Assembly (NCBI GenBank): GCA_949282275.1
Contig: CASDOO010000033.1
Coordinates: 15,592 to 79,591 of the forward strand
DNA length: 64,000 bases
Source of the DNA: an uncultured Bacillota bacterium
GTDB taxonomy: Bacteria; Bacillota_I; Bacilli_A; RFN20; CAG-288
Reading direction: 5' to 3'
In this document: in pieces, positions 35,552 to 45,000 of the stretch
Layout of the letters: every line of letters begins with the position of its first letter
How positions within the stretch are numbered: position 1 is the first letter of the stretch
The notes under the pieces: model-generated
The model's database searches: none
Told to the model about the DNA's origin: nothing
The model's input: the letters and a program-made list of their open reading frames with translations, nothing else
Made by a program: the position numbers and the translations under genes

Positions 35552-37399
35552 TCAATCTCCTCTCCTTTGATCTCTTTCGAGGAGTCCCGTGAGACGGGAA
35601 TCCTCCTCTTCGGAATAATTATACCCGTCCTTGAGACGGAAACCTACGAAATTCTTGTTGCGGATGGCCGATGCATAGAATTCCTTCTCCTGCTCGAAGA
35701 GTTCCTTTTCGTCCATCAGCTTGCCAAAGGCGTCCTTCGTTCCGCCGTAGTTGCGGATGGCAACGGAACTCGTCCGCTTCAGGGGGAGGTAATCATACCA
35801 GATGACGGGAACGTCGTGGCTGCGTCCGTCGCCGCCGAAGACATAGACGTGCTCGACCTGTTGTTTGGCCTTGTAGGAAGAGGACTCGACGGAGAAGACA
35901 TCGCTTTGGCCGACGCTTTCCAGGAAGTGGACCTTGAGGACTTGCGGCGTGCTCGCCTCGGGATGGATGAAGCCCCTGCCGTCCATATGGTTGACAAGGC
36001 TTTCCGCCTCATAGGTGGAGACATTGCGCGTTTCCTTCACGGGGTCGTATTCGCCCGCATCGGTCTGCTGGTAGAGCGGGATGGCAAGGACGGGCGCCAG
36101 TTCGAAGAAGAGGGATTCGAATATCGTGGCGATGGTCTCGATATAGGTCTGTTTTAGCTTGCGGATATCCACCGCGCCGATGAACATGTCGTCCCGGTAG
36201 TCGGGAATCTCCCGTCCATGGCGGGAAGAGACGATGTTGATCTTCTTGAGCTTGAAGAAGGAGAAGTCGTCGCCGAAGGGTTCCTTCATCGTGATGAGCT
36301 CGCACATGTTCTGCTGCGCCAGCGGCGTGAAGAGGAGACGGTATTGGACCTCGTTGTCGCGATCGAAGGCACCGAAGAGACCTTCGAACTCAGTGTTGGC
36401 AAGAGGCTGGAAGGAACCGCCTTTCTTGATGCTTTCCTCGTTCTTCCTCTCGAGATCCTTTTCCCTGTCCTTGACGAGCCTTTGGATATCCTTCTCGTCA
36501 TGTTCCCTTTCAAGTCCGGAAGGCATGCGGTGGAAGGTAAGGTCGGGTGCGGCCTGGTTGCCGTAGACGACGAAGGTGGCATAGTTATAGAAAGGGGCCG
36601 GCTTCGTGACATGGGCGGTAAGGGTCTGGGTTCTCGTGACGACATGCCTATCCTTGCCCGAACCGACGACCTCGGTCCATGTGATGACTCGCGTTCCCGT
36701 GTAGACCTTGTCCTGGATCTTGCTCGTGAAGAGTCGCAGGCGAACGAAGGGATTGGTCGAAACATCTCCGGAAATGCAAGTGAAGACAGATTCGTTCTCC
36801 GTTGGGTCTTGGCAATAGCCGTAGAGCTTTTTCAGCATCAGGAGCTTTTCGGGCTTGAGCTCGTCGTCGAGCTGGAAGGCATCCGTCGTCCTGCGGACGA
36901 TCTCGTTGAAGTCCTTGTCCGACATGGCCATGTGGAGGGGATAGAGCTGGGAAAGGCATTCGGCCTTGAGCTTTGCGACTGTCCTGTTGTTCTCGGCATC
37001 CTTTTCCTTCATCGCCTTGATCTTCGGACGGACAAGAAGGAAGAGCAAAAGAAGCGAGATGGCAAGGACGACAAGACCGATGACAAGGGCGAGGATGGCG
37101 CCAAGTCCGCCCTCCCCTGTTAGAAGGAAGATGCCGATTCCGGCGGCGATGACAGCACCGATGGCAAGGACGATGAGGAAACCCTGGAGGAAGCGATAAC
37201 GGGAAAGCCGGTTCTCGTTTGCCTGGTCGGCCTGTATCGCCTGTTCGAGCTTCGTTGCCGAAGCGATGTTTGCTTCGACGTCGATGCCTGCCTTCTTCGT
37301 CAGGGCGTCGAAATAGTCTTCGGCATTCTTTCTTATGCCATCCTTCAAGGTAATCCGGTAATAATCGACCGGGTCGAACTCCATGTCCTTTGCCGCCAT
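35552..37399 (-). CDS. Hypothetical membrane protein (615 aa) translationally coupled to lemA, possibly DUF3137-like
   Basis: A hydrophobic hairpin lies at about aa 70-125. The large C-terminal domain contains TEFEGLFGAFDRDNEVQYRLLFTPLAQQNM, which reminds me of the DUF3137 core (from memory, unverified). Its stop lies 3 nt before the lemA ATG. Confidence 0.7.
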   Translation of the reverse strand: MAAKDMEFDPVDYYRITLKDGIRKNAEDYFDALTKKAGIDVEANIASATKLEQAIQADQANENRLSRYRFLQGFLIVLAIGAVIAAGIGIFLLTGEGGLGAILALVIGLVVLAISLLLLFLLVRPKIKAMKEKDAENNRTVAKLKAECLSQLYPLHMAMSDKDFNEIVRRTTDAFQLDDELKPEKLLMLKKLYGYCQDPTENESVFTCISGDVSTNPFVRLRLFTSKIQDKVYTGTRVITWTEVVGSGKDRHVVTRTQTLTAHVTKPAPFYNYATFVVYGNQAAPDLTFHRMPSGLEREHDEKDIQRLVKDREKDLERKNEESIKKGGSFQPLANTEFEGLFGAFDRDNEVQYRLLFTPLAQQNMCELITMKEPFGDDFSFFKLKKINIVSSRHGREIPDYRDDMFIGAVDIRKLKQTYIETIATIFESLFFELAPVLAIPLYQQTDAGEYDPVKETRNVSTYEAESLVNHMDGRGFIHPEASTPQVLKVHFLESVGQSDVFSVESSSYKAKQQVEHVYVFGGDGRSHDVPVIWYDYLPLKRTSSVAIRNYGGTKDAFGKLMDEKELFEQEKEFYASAIRNKNFVGFRLKDGYNYSEEEDSRLTGLLERDQRRGD

Positions 37400-37496
37400 A
37401 GGGAAAACCCCTCCTCCAAGTGATTCTAAGGGAATGCCGGAAGGACGTCAAGGAAGAGGAAAAAGAAGAAGGGTGGGAAGAAATTGCCAAAAGGAA

Positions 37497-37525
37497 TTGC
37501 ATTTTGCAGGCTTGACAAGGATAAT
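37497..37525 (+). promoter_or_regulatory. Candidate guaB promoter
   Basis: TTGCAT (37497-37502), a 17-nt spacer, then GATAAT (37520-37525), about 27 nt upstream of the guaB ATG. Confidence 0.45.
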
Positions 37526-37549
37526 CCTTTAAAAAGAAAAGCGAGGTAA

Positions 37550-39022
<1,473 letters not shown>

Positions 39023-39031
39023 AAGGACAAG

Positions 39032-39066
39032 AAAAAACGGCCTTCGCCTAGGCGGAAGCCGTTTTT
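39032..39066. terminator. Bidirectional terminator between guaB (+) and mscL (-)
   Basis: An A6 run, a GC-rich hairpin acggccttcgcc / ggcggaagccgt with one mismatch, then T5. Confidence 0.65.
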
Positions 39067-39080
39067 CGTTTCGATGGGCC

Positions 39081-39803
39081 CTATTCCTTGGAAGGCTCTT
39101 CGGGGGCAGGCTTGTTGAGTTTCCGGATCTCGTCCCGGATTTCTTCAAGAAGGAGGATGTCGTCGGCCTTCTTGGGTGCCAGGGCAGGCGTTTCTTCTTC
39201 CGCCTTCTTTTCGATACCTTCCTTCTTTTCCTTGGCCTTTCTCAGTTCTTCCTGAAGGGCGATGCGACGGGCCTTGAGGGTGGCGAAGACCTTGACGATG
39301 ACAAAGAGGGTCAGGGCGATGATGAGGAAGGAGATGATGGCATTGATGAAGGCACCCCAGTCAATGATGGCCGAACCGTTGTAGTAATAGGAGCCGCCAT
39401 GCTTGGTATACATGCCCGAGATCGTGGCAGTGAAGCCATCTGCCTGGGAAAGGTTTGCCCACTCGGAAGCGGTGTAGACCTGCTGGAGGGCATTGCCGTC
39501 GACCAGGATGTCGCTAGGGACCCTTTGGGCATCCGTCACGGCAGGAAGGACGGTGACAAGGCCGGAGAGACCTCCCGGGACACCCCAGGTACAGATCGAG
39601 AGAAGGATGGCCGTGAAGGACGTGACGATGGCATTGAAGGCAGAACCCATGATGACGCCGACGGCCATGTCCAGGACGTTGCCCTTGGCGATGAACTTGC
39701 GGAAATCGGTGGCAAGTCTCTTCCAGCGTCCTTTCCGGGCTTCTTTCTTGGCTTCCTTCCTGGCTTCCAGGACTTCTTCTTTCGACAATTCGTTTTTGTC
39801 CAT
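39081..39803 (-). CDS. mscL: Large-conductance mechanosensitive channel MscL with an expanded extracytoplasmic loop and charged extensions
   Basis: FRKFIAKGNVLDMAVGVIMGSAFNAIV (MscL TM1 signature) and a C-terminal ILLLEEIRDEIRKL helix. About 240 aa, versus about 130 aa for typical MscL. The start chosen is ATG 39803 (GAGGTG 7 nt upstream); the track start is 39833. Confidence 0.85.
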   Translation of the reverse strand: MDKNELSKEEVLEARKEAKKEARKGRWKRLATDFRKFIAKGNVLDMAVGVIMGSAFNAIVTSFTAILLSICTWGVPGGLSGLVTVLPAVTDAQRVPSDILVDGNALQQVYTASEWANLSQADGFTATISGMYTKHGGSYYYNGSAIIDWGAFINAIISFLIIALTLFVIVKVFATLKARRIALQEELRKAKEKKEGIEKKAEEETPALAPKKADDILLLEEIRDEIRKLNKPAPEEPSKE

Positions 39804-39849
39804 AAGAAAACACCTCGGGTCTAAGGAAAGCATATCGGGCCCGAGGTGT
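39804..39849 (-). promoter_or_regulatory. Perfect 10-bp inverted repeat between trxA and mscL (terminator-like, overlaps the mscL SD)
   Basis: On the minus strand, acacctcggg (39849-39840) pairs with cccgaggtgt (39819-39810) across a 20-nt loop. It is followed by tttctt and then the mscL ATG. Confidence 0.5.
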
Positions 39850-39871
39850 CAAGAAATATAGAGGAAAAAGC

Positions 39872-40204
39872 CTAGAGACCGAAGGTCTCGTTGATGATAA
39901 GACGGAAATCCTCCGTGGGACGGGCGCCAAGAAGCTCGCCCTCGCCGTGGATGGGGATTCTCTTTCCGTCCTTGTAGGCAATGAAGGTGGGAATGGAAGC
40001 CACGCCGAAGGACATGGCGATCTCGCCGAACTTGTCCGTGTCGACCTTGAGGAAGGTGACATTGGGATAGTCCTTCTCGATTTCCTCGAGGACGCGTCCC
40101 ATGATGCGGCAGGGGCCGCACCACGTGGCGAAGAAGTCGACGATGACGTTGCCTTCCTTGACGATCTCGTTGAAGTCGGCGCTCTTTTCAAGATGCTTGA
40201 TCAT
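39872..40204 (-). CDS. trxA: Thioredoxin
   Basis: FFATWCGPCR active site, about 110 aa counted from ATG 40204 (AAGGAGG 9 nt upstream). The longer track ORF (to 40261) is rejected. Confidence 0.92.
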   Translation of the reverse strand: MIKHLEKSADFNEIVKEGNVIVDFFATWCGPCRIMGRVLEEIEKDYPNVTFLKVDTDKFGEIAMSFGVASIPTFIAYKDGKRIPIHGEGELLGARPTEDFRLIINETFGL

Positions 40205-40270
40205 TGGGATAATCCTCCTTGTTTTTGAAAATAGGCTATCGGAAACGATGGAATTAGGCAAGGCATATGC

Positions 40271-41140
40271 TCACAAGTATCCCAGGCCGATGGCGACAAG
40301 GCCCAGGATGACGAGGTGAAGCGGGTAATAGGCATAGAAGGCATATTGGACATTGTGGCTGGAATAGCCCTTTTTCGGGGATGAAAGGAAAATGAAAAGG
40401 ACGGCGAGGGTGGAATAGGTCCCGATCGGAACGAACTCATTGGGAAGGACGAAGGCCGCATTGTCCAGGCGGAAGATGAGATAGAACAGCGCCTCGACGA
40501 AGAAGAGGGCGACGCAAGAGGTGACCTTGTTGTAGAAGAAGCCGTTCTCGACAAGATAGAGATTTTCGTCGACGCCGTCCCTTCTTGCCTTATCGCGAAG
40601 AAGGAAGTCGCAGATTTCCTTTCCTAGGAAGAAAGAAAGGAAGAGGACGATCGAGAAGAAGCCCCAGTCCGTCTTGAAGAGTGTGCCGTATTGGTCATTG
40701 ATCCGGAAGGTCGAGAAGAAGGCATAGGCAAAGGGGAAGATGGCCAGGAAGGAGAAGCGGTCCTTCCGCTTGAGAAGATAGACAAGGAGAACGCCCAGGA
40801 ACATGTCCATGAAGGCGTTTCCGATCAGGGGATTGCTTCCGATGGGAATCCCGGCCGCGAAGGAACAAACATAGCCAAAGGCATCCAGAAGGAGCGCCGG
40901 GACAAGAAGGCGAAGAAGATAGTTTTTTATGTTGTGGGTCTGATAAGTGCCGCGGAAGGCCAGGTAGGCAAAGATCGGGAAGGAAATCTTTCCGATGGCA
41001 CGAAGGACATAATAAAGGGTTTCCTGGGAAACGGGGGAGACGAAAAGGAGGGCGACATGGTCCATGGTCATGAGGAGACAGGCGATGATCTTCAGGAGAA
41101 GGGAGGAAAGAAGGTCGCTTTTGCCGATTCTCTCTGTCAT
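40271..41140 (-). CDS. TraX family membrane protein
   Basis: LKIIACLLMTMDHVALLF matches the TraX N-terminal motif, and the protein is polytopic. The start at ATG 41140 forms an ATGA overlap with the upstream CPBP stop. The track extension to 41398 overlaps that gene and is rejected. Confidence 0.8.
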   Translation of the reverse strand: MTERIGKSDLLSSLLLKIIACLLMTMDHVALLFVSPVSQETLYYVLRAIGKISFPIFAYLAFRGTYQTHNIKNYLLRLLVPALLLDAFGYVCSFAAGIPIGSNPLIGNAFMDMFLGVLLVYLLKRKDRFSFLAIFPFAYAFFSTFRINDQYGTLFKTDWGFFSIVLFLSFFLGKEICDFLLRDKARRDGVDENLYLVENGFFYNKVTSCVALFFVEALFYLIFRLDNAAFVLPNEFVPIGTYSTLAVLFIFLSSPKKGYSSHNVQYAFYAYYPLHLVILGLVAIGLGYL

Positions 41141-41979
41141 AGGGCAAACATGGCGATGAAGGAGAGGGTGTTGTTGACGGCATGGCCGACGATGGCCGAG
41201 GAAATCCGTCCCGAAAGGGCATAGGTAAAGCCAAGGACGAGACCCGAGGAAATATAGACGGGAAGGTTCAGGAGCTCGTTGAGGACGAGGAATCTGTCGA
41301 TGCCGGAATCTTCGCCCGCAAAGAGATAGGAGAGACAGGATAGCCAATCGAAATGGATGGCACCGAAGATGACGGACGAAAGAAGGACACCAAGCCATCT
41401 TCTCTTATGACCGATAGAGTCGACAAGGCCGACTCGATACGTCAATTCCTCGCAAATCGGGGCAAATATGGCGACGGAGAAGAACATCAAAGCTGGATTC
41501 GTCGTCACGCCTTGAGCGATGATTTCCTGGTTTTCGTTGTCGCCATAGAATTCGATGCCGGAATACATGAGGGAGAAAAGGAGATTGACAAGATAGATGG
41601 CGCCGACGCAGATCAAGGCATAGCCATAGGCCTTGGGGTCCTTGAAATCCTCGAGGACCCTTTTCCAGGACTTCCGTTTGTCCAGGACAAGAAAAAGCAT
41701 GAAGGCGATGAGGAGAAGAAGATAGGCAAGGAAATTGTTCAGGCTGACTGCCGTGCTGTAATCCGATTGGACAAGGCCGCTAAGCGAGATGATGCCAGAC
41801 GTCAGGAAGGAAATCGCCTGAAGTCCTAGAAAGCCAAGAAGGAAAAAGGCAATCTTCTCCCAAAGAGGCGTCCAGTCGTTGAGCGCACTCCGATGGAAGA
41901 AAACGCGTTGTTCCTTGTCCTTCTGACTTTTTTCCTTGCGCTGTTCCTGGCGCGATTGTCCCGGGTCGTAGATTTCCAT
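41137..41979 (-). CDS. CPBP (CAAX protease / bacteriocin-processing, Abi) family intramembrane metalloprotease
   Basis: EELTYR (EExxxR) and FGAIH (FxxxH) motifs in a polytopic protein. GGAGG lies 7 nt upstream. Confidence 0.85.
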   Translation of the reverse strand: MEIYDPGQSRQEQRKEKSQKDKEQRVFFHRSALNDWTPLWEKIAFFLLGFLGLQAISFLTSGIISLSGLVQSDYSTAVSLNNFLAYLLLLIAFMLFLVLDKRKSWKRVLEDFKDPKAYGYALICVGAIYLVNLLFSLMYSGIEFYGDNENQEIIAQGVTTNPALMFFSVAIFAPICEELTYRVGLVDSIGHKRRWLGVLLSSVIFGAIHFDWLSCLSYLFAGEDSGIDRFLVLNELLNLPVYISSGLVLGFTYALSGRISSAIVGHAVNNTLSFIAMFAL

Positions 41980-42058
41980 TCGTTTGCCTCCAAAACTCGT
42001 TTATTTTATGTAAAAACTATTTTATAATCAATTAAGTCAAAAATGGAGAGAAAGCACT

Positions 42059-45000
42059 ATGCCCGAAATCGTTAGCATCGTCCTATTGATCGTTTTCATC
42101 CTTCTCTTCTTCCTTGCCCTCCTTGCCGCCATTGCCGGCTTCATCAAGGGGCTATACAAGACGATGGTCAAGACCATCCTTGTCGCCTGCCTTCTTGGCG
42201 TCTTCATCGTCCTGACGCCTTCGATAACCCAGGCAATCGGCAACATCGACCTTTCGAGCTTCGGACTTTCCTTCCAGTTCAACGAACAGACGATACTGGT
42301 GACCTCCATCCAGGAAACCCTTGCCAACGTCATCACGGCGACGGGCCTCATTTCCCCGATGAACGGCATCTCCATTTACCAGACAGCCATTGCCCTAGCC
42401 AATTCCCTGCTTTCCTATGTCATCTTCTTCGTTCTTGTCCTTCTGACCCAGCTTCTCATCTGGCTTCTCACCGCCATCGTCTACAACGGCATTTTCCGTT
42501 GGTTCCTTCCCGTCGAGACGGCCAAGCAACGCCGCGAAAGGAAGGAAATGCCCAAGGAGATGCGCTACTTGACCGATGGCATCTATTACGAGGAAGAGGC
42601 GGAAGGGAAAGCGGAAGATGGGACACCCGAGGTCGTCGATCCCTATCTCCAGGAAGAGATTCTCCGCGGACAGGAACCCGGCGAGGAATATGCCGAGCCC
42701 TTCTCGGATTCCGAGGAAGAGCAGGACGACGATTCTATCTTCGAGAATGACGGTGATTTCCAGGGCGAGGACACGAGAAGACGTCTTCCTCTCCTTCGCT
42801 TCCCTGGTGCGCTTATCGGCGCTTGCTGCGAGTTCGTCCTTGCCATGGTCCTTGTCTCGCCCTTTACCGCTCTTGCCAGGACGGCCCTCGACCATCGCGA
42901 GACGGTGAATACGATTCTCGGTGGCATCGACATGGGGGCGGACATCTCTTCCGAGGACATTGCCGCTTCCATGGACAATGTCGAAGAGAGTCTTGTCTAC
43001 AAGCTTTTGGGCTTTGCCAACTTCGATACGACGATCATGAACTCCGTCTCTCGGGTGGAAATCGGTGGCAAGGAAGTCTCCTTCAACAGTCTTGTCTCTT
43101 CCGTCCTTGACATTGCCTCTCCCCTTATCGACGATGGCGCGATTACCTTCGAAAACGGCGTCACGAACATCACGATCAATTTTTCCATCCTTCTCAATCA
43201 GACGACCGTCACCACGCTGACGAATCTCATCATCGCCAACCCTGTCGTCATGGCCCTCATTCCGCCCGCCATCGATATCGGCATCAACACCCTTTCCTCT
43301 TCGCAGTCCCTCCCCTTGGGCCAGCTTGATTTCAGCAACATCGATTGGGGCAATCAGCTCCAAGCCCTCTCGACGATCTACTCGGAAATCTATGGGACCG
43401 GTGTCATCGATTCCCTCTTCAGTTCGGACGGCAAGAAGCTCACTTTGGACAATTTCCTTATCGAGACTTCCAAGGATTCCATTTCCGATGCGGATTTCGC
43501 GGCGAACCTTGGAAAATACACTTCTGCCCTCACGAGCCTTGGCAATCTCGACGTGATGAAGAAGAACCTGCCGCAGATCTTCGCTTCCGTCGGAACCTAT
43601 CTCAACTCGACGGGCATCGATATCCTTCCGACCGATAGCGAGGCGTATGCCAAGATCGATTGGGGCAAGGACCTCAGCCTCATCGGATCCAGCGCCCTTC
43701 GGCTGTGCCGCCTCCTGGATCTGGATATCGCCAAAGACGTGGACTTCCGTTCCGCCCTTGCGAACATTTCCCAGGATTCCTTTGCCAATACCCAGGAGGC
43801 CAAGGCCTTCGTTGCCGAGCTTGAGGACATTCTCTGCGGACATGCCGAAGCCGACGGGACCAATGTTCCCGGCCTTCTTGACTGCGGCATCATCGATGTC
43901 ATCGATATCGGCGATGTCATGGAATCGGTAATGGCATTGATTCCAGCCCTTTCCGCCTATGTGGATGGCGTCGACTTTTCCGTCCTCAATGGCATCGAGA
44001 ACATCAAGGACGAGTTCCGTGCCCTCTTCGACATTGTCGAAATGATTCTCGATCCCGAATTCCCCATCGACATCAAGGATGGGTTCTCCGGCGTCGACTT
44101 TTCTTCCCAGGAAGTCGCCAATGCCTTGGCCAATGTCCTGGCCATCGCGCAGGATTCCGAGCTGTTCACCGAGATGTATCCTTCCATCATCCAAGGGTTC
44201 CTTACCAACGAGGAACTCCAGATCTCGGATTACCTTTTCGGGCTGACGCCCTACGACTTCAATTTCGAGGCAAGCGAGAGCTTCACAAAGGATTTCGAGA
44301 GGCTTGTCCGCCTGATGCCTCGCGTCTACGATCTTTACAAAATCATGGACGAGGAAGGCTCGACGGAAGAGAAGTTCCGAAGGCTTGATGCGGATGCCAT
44401 CGGCGAGCTGCTTGGCCTTGTCGCCCAGTCTGATTTCTTCAATCCGGATCTGAAGACAGGTGTTTCCGACAAGGAGACGGGACGCAATTTCAACGTCTAT
44501 GTCCTTCTTTCCAACCTGTTCGACCAGCCGATGTTCCAGGATATCGGCCTTGTCGCCCCGAGCCTTGAGACGATTGGAAAGGTGGAATGGACCACTTCTG
44601 AGGGAACGGGCGAGATCGACCGGATCGTCTCCCTCCTCAAGGACGCCCAAAAGAATGCCTCCTTCCTTCTCAATGGTGTCCAGGGCCCTATCGAAGACCC
44701 GGCTGCCTTGTCCTCGATGATGGAAAACGGTCTCGAGAGCGAGATCCTCCAGCCCTCCATCCTTGCCATCATCAACGACTCCATGAACAGCTTCCTTTCC
44801 GAAATGGGCATCAACAAGACCATCAATCAGATGCGGACGGAGCTGTGGAAGGAAGATATCGATGACCTGGTCGATATCCTGACACTTGCCGGCGAATTGG
44901 ACTTCAGCGATCCCGATTTCTTCGACAATATCGATGTCAAGAGGCTCAATGCCCTCCTGACGACGCTCTACAATACCAATTTCATCGCCAACTGTTTCGG

